Origin: Mustelus asterias
Taxonomy: Eukaryota
Assembly (NCBI RefSeq): GCF_964213995.1
Contig: NC_135804.1
Coordinates: forward strand, 59,582,001 to 59,646,000
DNA: 64,000 bases
Direction: 5' to 3'
In this document: one piece after another, positions 1 through 12,754 of the stretch
How positions within the stretch are numbered: the first letter of the stretch is position 1
How the letters are laid out: each line of letters begins with the position of its first letter
Program-made: the position numbers and the translations under genes
Notes under the pieces: model-generated
What the model saw: the letters and a program-made list of their open reading frames with translations, nothing else
Told to the model about the DNA's origin: nothing
Database searches by the model: none

Positions 1-505
1 TTAAACGAGAAAGAATGCAGAAAAGATTTATTAGGATGCGACCGAGACTTAATGTTTTGAGTTTTAAGGAGCGGCTGGATAGACTGGGACTTTTTTCCCT
101 GGAACGTAGGAGTCTTAGGGGTGATATTATAAAGGTCTATGAAATAATGATGGGCATAGATAAAATAGATAGTCAACATATTTTCTCGAATGTAGGGTAG
201 TCTAAAACTAGAGGGCATAGGTTTAAGGTGAGAGGGGAAAGATACAAAAGGGTCCAAAGGGGCATTTTTTTCACATAGAGGTTGACGAGTGTCTGGAACG
301 AGCTGCCAGATTCAGTAGAGGCGGGTACAATTTTGACTTTTCAAAAGCATTTAGGCAGTTTCATATGTAAGATGGATATAGAGGGATATGAGCCAAATGC
401 AGGCAATCGGGAGTCGCTGAGTTGTAACAACTGGATGGCGTGGACAAACTGGGCTGAAGTGCCTCTGTCCATGCTGTAAACCTTTATGACTCTATGACCC
501 TATGA
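1..505 (+). mobile_element. CR1 LINE 3' fragment
   Basis: ORF 15-200 has the CR1 ORF2 C-terminal motif ERLDRLGLFSLERRSLRGD; ends in a ctctatga-type tail. Confidence 0.9.
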
Positions 506-507
506 CA

Positions 508-800
508 TGATCTCAAAGTAAGGGTCTCCCATTTGTAACAGAGATGAGGAGGAATTACTTCTCTCAGAGGGTAGTGAATCTGTGGAATTGTTTACCACAG
601 AGGGCTTTAGAGGTTGGACTGTTTAGTATGTTCTAGGCTGAGATAGACAGATTTTTAATCAGTAAGGAATGCTAAGATTACAGGGATAAAACAGGAAGCT
701 GGATTTGCAGATTATCATTTCAGATCAGTCATGAACTCATTGAAGCAGACTGGATGGGGGGCCAAATGGCCTTCTTCTGCTCCGATGTCTCATGGCCTTT
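508..800 (+). mobile_element. CR1 LINE 3' end fragment
   Basis: ttctctcagagggtagtgaatctgtggaat (FSQRVVNLWN) and CR1 3' hairpin gggccaaatggcct. Confidence 0.8.
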
Positions 801-807
801 TCATTTC

Positions 808-1295
808 ATTTAACTTATTATTGTCACGTGTATTGGGATATATTGGAAAAGTATCGTATCTTGAGCAACACGGTCAAACATATATAGTTCATAGAGTGCA
901 TGGGGAAGACGGAATGGGGAGGGTGCAGAGTATAGTGTTGCAGTTACAGATAGGGTGAAGAGAAAGATCAACTTAGGATCACTTTGACGGCAGCAGGGGA
1001 GAAATTGTTCTTGATTCGGTTGATAGGTCATCTGAGGCTTTTGTATCTATCTCCCGACTGAAGATGGTGAAAGAAGATATGACCGTGGAGCCCGGGGTCT
1101 TGAAAAAAGGCAGCTGCTTTTCCTGGGCAACGGGAAGTGCAGACGGAGTCAGTGGAGGTTGGTTTGTGTGATGGACTGGGCTACGTTCACAACCCTTTGC
1201 AATTTCGCGCGGCCTTGATCAGAGCAGGAGCCATATCAAGCTGTGATACATCGGAAAGGGTGATTTCTATGATGCGTTTGTAAAGATGAGTGAGA
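808..1295 (-). mobile_element. Rex1/Babar-like LINE 3' fragment
   Basis: Minus strand encodes a degenerate LPSGRRYKS-like motif (~1040-1070); ttattgtcac tail. Confidence 0.6.
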
Positions 1296-1309
1296 GTCGG
1301 AGCAGACAA

Positions 1310-3245
1310 AGTTCCAAGTTTTGACCCAGCAGCAATGAGGAAACGGCGATATATTTCCAAGTCAAGATGGTATGAAACTGAGGGGGAACCTATAGGTTAC
1401 TATAGTGTTACCAAGCATCTGCAGCCCTTGTTCTTCTTGGTTTCAGAGGTCACAGTGTTGGAAGGTCCTGTTGAGGGAGCATTGGTGAGTTGTTGCAGTG
1501 CGTTTTATACATGGAGGCCACTGTACATACGTGTTGGAGGGAGTGAATGTTGAAGGTGGCGAATGGGCCTCCAGTCAAATAGGCTGCTTTGCCCCTGGAT
1601 GATGTTGAGCTCCTGAAATGTTGATGCAGCTCCATTTATGCATGCAACTGGAAAGCACTCAATCACACTCCCGGCTTGAATTGTCGATGATGGATAGGCA
1701 TTGGGAAGTCATGATTTGAGTTATTCGTCACCCAGTTCCCAGCCTCTTACTTGCTCTGGTAATCACAGTATTTATTTGGTTGGTCCAATTCTGTGTCCAG
1801 TCAACGGTAACACCCAGGATGCTGATAGTGGGGAATTCAATGAGGACAATTTAATTGGAGATTGTTGGATTCTCTCTTGTTGGATTTGGTCATTGCTAGC
1901 ATGTGTGGCGTGAATATAACTTGCTACTTATCAGTTCAAGCCTGAATGTTTTTCAGCACTTGCTGCATTAGGACATGGACTGCATCAGTATCTGAGATTT
2001 CACAAATGGTACTGAACCTTGTGTAATCATCAGCGAACATTTGCACTTCCAACGATATGATGTAAGGAAGGTCATTGATGAAGCAGCTGAAGATAGTTAG
2101 GCCGAGGACACTACCCTCAGGAACTGGTGTCGCGACTTTGGGACTGAGGTGATTGGCCTCCAACAACCACAGCAACCTTTCTTTGTACTGATAATTACTC
2201 TAACCAGTGGAGAAAGTTTCCCTTGATTTCTATTAACCCCAATTTTGCACAGGCTCCCCTTGGTGCCAAGTTTGGTCAAATGCTGCCTTGATGCCAAGTG
2301 CAATCATACTCACCTCACCTCTGGAGTTCAGCTCTTTCGTCCATGTTTGGAACAAGATTCTAATGAGGTCAGGAACTGAATGGCCCTGGCGGAACCCAAA
2401 GGTTCAATGAGCAGGCTATTTCTGAGTAAGTGGCAGTTCATAGCACGGTTGACATCATTCTGCTCGTAACTGATAGTAGAGTGGTGGAGCAGAAATTGGC
2501 AGAGTTGGATTTGTCCTGCTATTTGTGTACAGGACATATCTGGGTAACTTCGCACGTTGTTTTGTTGATGCCAGTGTTGTAGCCATACTGGAACAACTTG
2601 GCTAGGGGCATATTAAGTTCTGGAGCACGACATCAGACCTATTGTCAGAATATTGTAAAGGCACATAGCCTTCGCTGCATCCATTGCTTTTAGCTATTTC
2701 TTGAATTCACTTGGAGTGAATTGAATTGGCTGAAGATTGGAATCTCTGATGTTTCAGACTTCAGGAGGAGGCCAAGATGGATTCAACACTTCTGGCTGAA
2801 GATGATTGCAAATGTTGCTGCCCTGCCTTTTGTGCTGATGTGCTGGATCCCTCCGTCATTGAAGATTTCTTATCAGTCTTCTCCAAATAGTACTTTATTA
2901 GTCCACTATCTTTCATGGCTGGATGTAGAACTGCAGAGCTCAGATCTGATCCATTGATTGTGGGATTGCTTAGCTCTATCTATTACATGTTATTTGGCAT
3001 GCAAGTAGGCCTCTGTTGTAGCTTCACCAGGTTGGCACCTGAATTTAGGTATACCTGGTGTTGCTACTGGCATGCCCTCCTGCGTTCTACATTAAACCAT
3101 GGTTGATCCCCTGGCTTCATGGTAATGATAGAATGGAGGGTCCGCTGGACCATGAGGTTACAAATTGTGTTTGCGTACAATTCTGTTATTGCTAATAGCC
3201 CACAGTGGGGGCTGTATGGATGCCCAATCTTAAGTTGGTTGATCT
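1310..3245 (-). mobile_element. Decayed CR1/L2-group LINE (RT region)
   Basis: ORF 1936-2175 PEGSVLG...FINDLP...MFADD RT motifs; many stops. Confidence 0.85.
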
Positions 3246-3254
3246 GTTCGATTT

Positions 3255-3470
3255 TCTTTTAATGTACATACATTCGTGGGACATGGGTATCCCTGAATGG
3301 CTATCACGTGTTGCCCATCCCGAGACACCCTTGAACCTCATGGCTTGCAAGGCCATTTCAGAGGACAGTTGAGAGTCAACAACATTGATGTTGGTCTGGA
3401 GTCACATGTAGGCCAGACCAGGTAAGGACTGCAGGTTTCCATCCCTCAAGGACATTAGTGAACCATATGA
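3255..3470 (-). mobile_element. DeuSINE (SacSINE1-like) fragment
   Basis: Deu-domain-like ggtaaggactgcaggtttccatccctcaaggacattagtgaacc; homologous to copies at 22.2, 24.7 and 37.5 kb. Confidence 0.7.
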
Positions 3471-4509
3471 AATATATCGCATAGAGTAAGAATGAGTGTG
3501 AGAAATGCGACCAAGTTGGCGAAGTGTGATGAATCTCTCAGTGAGTTTTGAATAAAGAAATCTCAAAATATTTGCTTATTTTTTGAAGCACAGACATCCC
3601 ACAAAGCAAATATAATTTTTTTTCCAATGGTCCCGGAGGGCTATCAAATCTAGCTGGACAGCGCCGCCCACTCCCAAAGTCTCTCACCTCAAGACAGCTT
3701 TTAGGAGAAAGTGTGCTCCAAAATGTTATCAGGTTACACTGGACATCTGTCCCTACCCAGGGAAGTGGGTGCTCCATATCACGCCAGTTCTGGGATTTTG
3801 CTGTTGGATACACATATATAGAGCAGAACCTCTGGCAGTGCCTCGCAAGGCCAATGGGATTGGTGGGGAGGTGAGGTTGGTCGTAAGTGGCAACACTGAG
3901 CGTCGGTGATCAGTAAGGGCCTTCCCAATTATTGGAGACGGGCACTCAGAGAAATGGGCAGAGGTGGACACCACCCGAGAGGAACGTTATAGAGAAGGTA
4001 CCTGAGGGGGAGGGGTGTCTTGCACATCCAAAGAGCAAGTTAAATTTTTGCTTAAAAAAACAATTCCAGGGATTCTGGAAACTCGCTATCACACATGACC
4101 CTCAGCTGAAACTGCGTTGACATGTTAAAATAGAATACGTGTCTGCAGACGACAGAACACCCTCAAACCACATGTGCTAGTGAGCAGTTGCTCTGAGGTC
4201 AGTGCTGTAGAATGACAGCAAAGAAATAACAGAACATTGTTACCCATCCAACGCACTGATCGCAGTGTAACACTGTCCACCAGTTCCAAGCAACTGAAAA
4301 TTTCCCAATTGTTTCAAAGAAACGTTTAGAAATTCTAAGGCTAAATGATTAGCATTTGTGAACACTCTCCAACCAATATCCGAGCCATTTACTTCAAATG
4401 CTGGAGGACAAGGAATAGTCAGAGACACAGACGGGATAATTTCTAAACGTTCTTATTGACAGCACTCCAGTATATGAACCCTGCCGTAGAAATCCCATTG
4501 CTTTCTAAT

Positions 4510-4672
4510 TAATTGGATTAGAAATGAGTACTTGGCACACCATAACATTCAGGCTATGGTCCAAGTGCAGGCAAGTGGGATTAGGTGGGCAGGTCAGGGC
4601 ATTTCATGCGTCGGTGCAGACTCGATGGGCCGAAGGGCCTCTTCTGCGCTGTAGTGATCTGTGATTCTGTGA
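4510..4672 (+). mobile_element. CR1 3' tail fragment
   Basis: gggccgaagggcct hairpin plus (g)attctgtga tail. Confidence 0.75.
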
Positions 4673-5202
4673 AAACAGCAGGGTGAAAAACAACATTTCA
4701 CACGTGTGTCTTAGATGACGCATTTCCAATCGGATGACACTGTTGCTTTGTCTGGTCCCAGTTTGCCTCGCTCACTGACTTTACATTGCCCCTTCAGGGC
4801 CATGTTCGTTTTCTCCTTGTTTCCGAAATAATGCTGCACCATTTACATTCGAAAACAACTGATCCTATCTCCTCAAACATGTTCCCCCCCCCCGCTCCCC
4901 CCCCACGCCACTCCCACTCCCACGCCGCTCCGTCCCGAAACGAATTCCACGACTACCGGATTTGTGTTCACAATCCACCGAGAAAGAGGAAACTGTCGTT
5001 TGGTTCAAAGTGGCTACATGTAAATGTCAAACAGTCACCGTCCACTCACTCATATCACACATAGCAATGACCGCAGAAAATAAACACTTCACTGGTTGCG
5101 AAGAACTTTACCATATACCGAGATCATAACAGGTGTTACATAAGTGCTGGTTCTGGCTGTATTTAACTGTGATGGCTGCAGTGAAAATGTCGTTATTTCA
5201 GA

Positions 5203-5695
5203 GTTTTTTTTAAGATACAAGTGTTTCATTTTGCAACATCAGCCAAGAATTTGAAGAAATGTTTACAAGTTTTTTGCTCCTTCCACATTAAGTTACAATC
5301 AACAAAATAACACAAAATAAAGGCACAGCTTCCATAAGAAGCTACGTTTACAGTTCAATAATGCTTTAGAAATTGTTTAAATGTCACTTCAAAATAGTCC
5401 GTAGAAAATGTAATGAAGCAAATGGTTTTAAGCACGCTCCCCCCGGATCCGTCGTGGCAGCTGGACAGATTATGTTTTTGGACATAATGGTCACTCCTTT
5501 GGCATGGATGGCACACAGGTTGGTATCATCGAACAGGCTAACCAAGTACACCTCACTGGCTTCCTGCAATGCTCCAATTGCAGCACCAGTTCCTCAGCTG
5601 CGTTTTGAAGTCCTCGTCAATTTCCCTCTCCAGACGCTGAAAGGACAGCAAACAGTTAAGCAACTCCATGGAGTTCTGGTATTAGCGGATTTCTT
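5203..5695 (-). pseudogene. H3-3: Processed, 5'-truncated histone H3.3 pseudogene with 3'UTR and short poly(A)
   Basis: Minus strand reads [29 protein letters not shown] / [39 protein letters not shown] / [11 protein letters not shown] (stop 5428-5430); AAIG is H3.3-specific; stop and frameshifts; A-run near 5204-5211. Confidence 0.9.
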
Positions 5696-6118
5696 GGCAA
5701 CTGTCTTTCAAAAGAGCACAGGCTGCTTGCTGTGCTGATGTGTTATTGGACATATTCTGGCGTTCAACTAAGGTTAACAAAGGCCCTCCCATTCACACTA
5801 TGCCACACGTGCCCTTTTCAAACAGTATTACTATCAAATTTTGGCGTGTCCTTCCTGTCTCACCGGTAATGTACGTACTGGTGAGAGGGAGGACAATGGA
5901 AGCGGACAGGGGAATTTTAACCCACTACGACACAAGAGATGGATGCGGGTTGGTTTATTTTCTTAAACCGTTTGTCTATCCCTCAAGCCAAGTTCTCCCA
6001 TTTTACATGATGACGAGTTAGGTGGGATTAAAAAACCGAATCTGTTCCCAGAGGCAAGACTGGAAGTTAAATACATTTGACATGACTATACGCCTCAGAG
6101 GTTTGGCAGTGTGACTGC

Positions 6119-6420
6119 GGGCAGGACGGTAGCACATGGTTAGCACTGCTGCCTCACAGCGCCAGGAACCACGTTCGATTGCCATCTTGCATTACTCTCT
6201 GTGCGGAGTCCACACGTTCTCCCCTTGTCTGCATGGGTTTCCTCTGGCTGCTCTGATTTCCCCCCACAGTCCAAAAGATGTGCTGGTTAGGTGCATTGGC
6301 CGTGCTAAATTCTCCCTCGGTGTACACGAACAGGCGTCAAGCGTGGGGACTAGGGGATTTTCACAGTAACTTCATTGCAGTGCTAATGTAAGTTTACTTG
6401 TGACACTAATAAATAAACAT
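6119..6420 (+). mobile_element. HE1/V-SINE (tRNA-derived)
   Basis: tRNA-like head ggttagcactgctgcctcacagcgccagg...gttcgatt and V-domain cacagtccaaaagatgtgc. Confidence 0.85.
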
Positions 6421-6849
6421 TAAAAAACTTTATTCAGGAAGCCCGATTGGAAAGGAATGGAATTGATTCGAGTTCTTTGAATGCATAACATGCTGTGGAT
6501 AAAAAAGGGCAACAACCACATTCCATTAAAAAATAGAGAAACGCTGATGTGCTTCGCAGGTCGTCGGCCGACACGTGCCAATGGGTGACACATCACCTGA
6601 CAGAAAGAACGCTTTGCAAATAAATCACTCACTGTCCATTTCTGTGGCTCTTAGGTGCAATTGATCAAAAATTGTCGGCTTTACATCTTGCGAATTTCAT
6701 CGAGGCAATTAGTATCACTATGTCTTCTCACTCCCGCGTTGGAGACACGAGTCAGATGGCTTGATTTGGGGGAAAGATTGATTCCACTTGCAAAGTGCGT
6801 CCTAATTCAGTTAGCCGAGGCACGGCTGACATTGCACAATTTTCCATTG

Positions 6850-7200
6850 TTTAGGACCGGCCCTCTCCCTCCAGACTTGCACCATTGCCAGTGGAAAATC
6901 CTCCGCCCGCTTATAGCTTCGAATTGCACTCAATTCGCCTCCCGGCAACCATTAGAACCCGCCATCGGGAAAAGTGGCAGGCGGCCTTTAAAAAAGTATT
7001 TTCTTTTTCGGTTTGCGCGCCGGAAAATTTTACTTTTTCACGACACCACCCACATCTCCACCGCTACCCCCGCGTGCCGCCTCACCGTCCGCCTGGAAAC
7101 CTTCCGTCATGGACCTTGGAAACCACATTCCTTCCCCAGCCCCATTCTCGACGTCGAATTTCGCTCAGTTGATTTGCTCTTCCTCCGTGAAGGTCGGGTC
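6850..7200 (-). promoter_or_regulatory. CpG-rich promoter-like island
   Basis: Dense CpG, GC boxes (ccgccc), minus-strand TATA-like ctataag at 6910-6916, E2F-like tttgcgcgccggaaa. Confidence 0.35.
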
Positions 7201-7209
7201 TATAGAAGC

Positions 7210-10200
7210 GCATAAGCACAGGGCGTACAAAAAAGAGCAGGTCATTTGGCCCCTCGAGGCTGCTCTGCCTTTCAATAAGATAATTGCTGATTCGCCTGCC
7301 TTTCGAGACCTACATTATCTTCTCCCGCCGATAACCTTTGGTTCCGTTGTGAAACACAACTCTATCACTGCTTTAAAAATATTCACTGGCCTTCTGAGGT
7401 AGAGGTCAAAAGTCGCTAAACCCTCTGAGAATAAAATATTATCTCTTTATATCTGTCCGATTAGGGCGAGCACATATTTTAAAACAATACCCCAATTTCT
7501 GAACTGACCTATCCTTCCACCATACCAAGACCATTCGCGATCTGACTTACATCAATCAGGTCATCCGCCACTCTTCTAAACTCGAGTGGAAACACTTCCG
7601 GGCGTCCAACCTATACTCATAATACAACCCGCTCATTCTAGGTATCAGCTTGTAAAGCTCATCTGAACCCTTCTAAACCATTTACTCCGATTCTCGAATA
7701 ACGAGACCAGAACTGTACAAAACATTCGGAATGCATTCTCACCAATGCCCTGTATAACTGACGCATAACATCCTTATTTTTACATTTAATTCCTCTCGTA
7801 ATAATGAAAAATACTCCATTAGCTTTCTGGATTATATACTGCAGCTGCATACAAACGTTTTGTGACTCATGCAGCAGAACACATAGATTCCTATGCATAT
7901 CAGAATCATGCAGTCGTTCTCTGTTTAAATAACTCTGTTTTTATTTTTCCTCCCAAAGGCAACTAGTTCACGTTTTCCCACATTATACTCCATCAGCCAG
8001 AGTTTTGCGCACCGACTCAACTTATCCATATCCTTCTGCAAACTCCTGATACCTTCTTCAAAACAACCTTCCCGAACAATCTCTGTGTCTCCTGTAAATT
8101 TAGCTACCATGTCTTCACTTCCTTAATCTAAGTCATTGATGTAGATCGTGAAAAGCACAGATCCCTTGGGGAATCCACTCATCACTTCCCGCCAATCTGA
8201 GAAAGACGCATTATGCAAACTCTCTGTTTTCTGCCAACTAGCTAAATCAACTGAGCAGGCTAAAATGTCATCCACAATAGCTTTTATCGTCCACAATAAC
8301 CTTTGATTTTGGACCGAATCAGGCGTCTTCTGGAAATTCAAATGCAATATGTCGACAGGCTCCTTTTTTTATCCACAGCATATTATGCATTCAAAGAACT
8401 CTAATAAATTAATTACACGTCATTTCCCTTTCACAACACCGTGCTGACTCTTCTTGATTACCTTGAGTTTTTCTAACTGCCACGTTATAACCTCTTTAAT
8501 GAACAACTCTAAGATCTTCCCCACGACAGACGTCAAAATAACTGGCCTATAGTTTCTTGCATTTTGCCTCTTGCCCTGTATGAATAATGGGGTTATGTTT
8601 ACTGTTTTCCGATCTGATGGAACCTTTCCATAATCCATGTAATTTTGGAAAACTAGCACCAACGCATCTACTACATTAGCGACCTATTTTAAGATCCTAG
8701 AATGAAGTCCAACAGAAGAAGAGATAAGGAGACTGATCAGTCAGCAGCTCAATCAACTGCATCAGTACTGCTTCTCTATTGATTGGAATTTCACCGAGTT
8801 GCTCACTCTCCCCTGATTTACAACTATAACTGGAATGTTTGCTTCGCCCTCCATCGTGAAGAAAGATACAATAGAATACGTTATTTATTTGCTAATCCTT
8901 TATCGACTATTAAATTCCCACTGTCACTCTCTTGAGGGCCAACACTCAATATACAAACTAGTTTCCTGTTTACATCCTTGTATAAACCCTTGCCATTCAT
9001 TTTACATTTCTAGCTAGTTTCCTCTCATACTCCAATTTAAGTTTCCCGTTAGCCATTGGTCATTATCTGCTTTTCTTTATATTCTGACTAATCATCTGAC
9101 CTGTCACTCATCTTTGTGTACTGATATGTTTTCTTCCTTTAGTTTAATGCTTTTCCTAACTTCTTTAGTTAACCATGGATGGTGTGTCCTCCGTTTAGAA
9201 TTTTTTGTCATAGTAAGAATATACACATTGTGAGAATTCTGAAATATTCTTTTAAATGTCTGCCACCTGTTCTCTATTGATCTACCCCCTAGACTAATAT
9301 CTCAGTTCACTACAGTTAGCCCAGCTTTCATACCCACATGATTGCCCTCATTTATGTTTAAAATACTAGTCTTAGACCGACTCTTCTCCCTTTCATGCTG
9401 GATATAAAACTCACTCATACTATTGTCGATACTGCAACGGTGTGCCTTGAACCCGAGGCCATTATTTAATCATCTGACGTTACACAATGCCAAGTCTAAT
9501 AGTGCCTTGTATGCTGGTTGGTTCCAACATGTGCTGCTCTGAGAAACTATCTCGAAAGCATTCCACGAACTCAATATATAGGTTACCATGTTAAATCGAT
9601 TTCCCAGTTTATATCTAGATTGAAGTCACGCTGGATTATTGATGGCGCTTTATCACAAGCACCCAATTTTTGTACATTTTGTCCCACAGTGTGGTTACTG
9701 TCAATGAGCCTAAAAATCGCTCTCACTCGGAACTTTTTCCATACTGGTCCTCATCTCCACTCAAAGCATCTACACCCTGATCTCCTGAACCACGGTCATC
9801 TTAAATTATTGCACCAAATGCCATCCTTGATAAACAGTGCTACCCTTTCATCTTTAGCTCGATTTCTATTCTCCTTGAGTGCCTTATACTCCTCAATGTT
9901 CAGGACCACACCCCCCCCACACCCCACTTTGTCATACTGCAGTCACATATGCGCAATGGCTTTCAGTTCATATTTATTTACTTCACAGTTCGCTATGAGT
10001 TTGTTTGACTTGTCACAAACGTTTTGCGCATTCAGATACATAACCTTTAGTTTTGTCTTTTTGTTCCAGTTGCAACTTTTGGTCTTGAATCTTGGTATTT
10101 TCTTCGGGTTCTTCTCTCCGTCCCTTCCTGCCATTGCCCAACTCTTATTTCCCATATTGCTGTTTTCCTTGCTTACATTGTCTCCAGTCATTGATATAAA

Positions 10201-10450
10201 ACACCTTACTTGTCACTTGTCCGAACTATTTAGCTCAAACCCTTCTTTACTTCTCTAGTAATGCTGTTTCCAAGAATATTGGTCTCAACACATTTCAGGT
10301 ATATACCACCTCAACGGTGTAGCCCCCAATTTCCCCAGCACTGGAGCCAGTACCCACAAAATGAAACCCATTTCTCCCACGGTAGTCTTTGAGCCATGTA
10401 TTCATCATACTGATTTTATGTACTCGATGCCAATTTGAACTCTACTCCTC
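7210..10450 (-). mobile_element. Long decayed CR1 LINE (ORF1 remnant, APE, RT, 3' tail)
   Basis: ORF fragments LKVMYLNAQ (APE), NYRPVILTSVVGKILE, GFPKGSVL, LYRALVRMHSECFVQFWS. Confidence 0.9.
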
Positions 10451-10929
10451 ATCAAGCTTCAGATCTGCATTAAATTCCCTCAGATGCACTCAATTTGCCT
10501 GAGATATACTAAAGAGGCCTGTGGTTATAGCCAACTGAACTGGTGCTAGAGTTTCAACTAGTTTCAACCAGTTAGCTAATAAATAGTCAGCGACCACAGC
10601 AGAAAATTAGTTTACCTTTACAAATCTGCAAGAACAGTAACTTAGCATTCCTATACATTGGCTAAAATTGCGAGGATTCTGGGAGCTAGTCAGTCGTTAG
10701 TACGTCACCCAGTTCACAATCCTTACGTTTCCAGTCCCCAAATTATAGTCCTAGCTGTGCCTGGTCAGTCTTACTCTCTAAACACAATCGCGATCCATCA
10801 TGCTTGATTAGTTGTTCATTGATTCGCTTTTGAGCAAATGGAGAAATCACCCCACTTCCCCACGCGCAACTGTCCGTATTTCCAATTTCGGTTGCAGCAG
10901 CAATACATGGTACTTTGAAATAAGATCCA

Positions 10930-11600
10930 ATATTCTACTAGCCTCCCGGATTAGCTGATGCACCTGTGTGTTCGCTTCCTGTGTTTTGTGCACAAGCATC
11001 TATAAGTCTCTTTGTGTTGCAGGTTTCGCCGGTTTTTCTCCACTTAAATAATATTCAGTTCTTTAATCCTCCCCTCCAAATTGAACTTCACTTTCTCCCT
11101 CATTATCCTCCTTTTTCCCACTTTCTGTCGCCACTTACTTATCCGATTAATATCTCTTTATAAACGTTTTGTATCCCTCTCACAACCTGCTTTTTCACCT
11201 ATTGTTGTGTCGAATGCAAATATGGCGATAATAGATTCGCTTCCTTCCTTCAAGTCATTAATATATTCTAAACAGTTGCGATTCCAGCACTAATCTCTGT
11301 GGAACCACATTGGTTACAGGTCACCGACCTGAAAACGAACCCCTTATCCCCACTCACTGTTTCCTGCACATCCGCCAATTATCTATCCAACTCAAGACAT
11401 TGAACACCATGAACTTCTTTCTTATGACTTAACCTTTTGTGAGGTACCTTGTCCAACGCCTTCTGGGAGTCCAAATTCAAAACGTCTACTGGTCCTCCTC
11501 TATCCACTCTGGTTGAGACTTACTCGAAAAACTTTGATGAAATAGCCAGACACTGTTTCCGTTTTCTGAAACCACGCGGCCTCTGCTTGATTAGGGTAGA
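10930..11600 (-). mobile_element. CR1 RT fragment
   Basis: Minus-strand FQKALDKVP-like and GVPQG-like segments. Confidence 0.7.
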
Positions 11601-11689
11601 CGTCTTTCCATTGAGATGAAAGGACGTGTTCCTTCCTGCCACAGTCTATTCCCATTTCCGCTTTTCCAATCGGATGGTTAAAAGATCAT

Positions 11690-11850
11690 AGCCCTGCCGC
11701 ACCGCGCTACTCCTCCGCCCACGAAACGCATCCGTGTAAATATTGCCTGCGGGAGAGTGCTGGCGAAGCAAGCTTCCGACCGGCATTGCTCATTCTATTG
11801 GCCACCCGCCTCAGCTCCCCGACCAGTGGTGGACTGAAAAACAAGCTTTC
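11690..11850 (+). promoter_or_regulatory. CpG-rich promoter-like element (GC boxes, CCAAT)
   Basis: ccgccc 11715-11720, ATTGG 11797-11801, followed by splice donor gtaagt at 11930. Confidence 0.4.
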
Positions 11851-12754
11851 GATATCTCACTTCACCAGAATTCATCAGCTAAACTGTGAACCCGTGCCTT
11901 CGTTGCAATCGCCCGCATATTTATTTTCGGTAAGTGGCCAATCATTTTAATATGCTTTTTCTCTAACGTTATTTCTCGTGTGTATGCACAGGTCGGAATG
12001 GTCTTGGTTTCCATTACCTCATATCTGTTCATAGTATTTTTTATCAAGTTCAAAATTCTTTGATTGTGTCACTGCCAGAAAAGAGCCGGAGTCGATTTTC
12101 GATTGCACCCTAATCCCTTTCGTTATATTCCAGAAATAAAGGGTTGACTGGCCGAAACTCTGGGTGATGTTTCGCAGTTTGAGAAAGTTCAGGGCGTGTG
12201 AAGGCAGGTAAAGTGGCACGGGAATGTTTCACTGACGTTTCGTTCTTTTTCCTGCCGCCCTTTCATTTTGCCAGCGCAGGGAAAGGTGCCAGATGGATTG
12301 ATTTGCGCGGGGTGCACTTGGGGCATGAAAATGGCCAATTACGCGCGACTTCACACGTCAGCGGATCTTTCTCCCCACCCGGAGGCTCCACTGCAGCATT
12401 GGGAGATCACCAGTTGGCCGGGGGAAAACCTGGACAGTCTCTCCAATCCGACCAACTGGCTTGGAGGACGCATCGCTATTGATAGGTGGCGCTGCTGAGA
12501 CCAGTGAGCTGCTGAGGATGCACATGGTTTGCAACAAACGCTTCCCTTGAAGTCATGCGTCAAAGTGACTATGAGGGATTGTGAAAGTGAAATAAAAGTA
12601 CGCCTTTTTGGAGCTGAACTTGATTTTAGCTGAAGTATTTATCTGTTAATAATTACAAATTATTCAACCAAAGCGCAGGAGGACTTTTGAAATTTCGGTA
12701 TCGTGAATATTGAAAACTCTCCTACTTCTGAAAATGATTGGCGTATATAATCAC

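Noticed and set aside
6119-6190. tRNA-like sequences
   Set aside because: They are SINE heads, not tRNA genes; no rRNA, snRNA or CRISPR-like arrays were seen
6655-7215. 186-aa ORF
   Set aside because: GTG start, no recognisable domain; explained by stop-poor GC-rich sequence
9518-10258. 246-aa + strand ORF
   Set aside because: Antisense to the CR1 APE region
11860-12080. Minus-strand VTQS...EGTGSQF resembling a decayed V-J exon
   Set aside because: Too short, lacks the conserved C/W/C positions, and has several stops
12074-12087. Histone-like stem-loop GGCTCTTTTCTGGC on the minus strand
   Set aside because: Stem is broken and no histone coding sequence lies upstream
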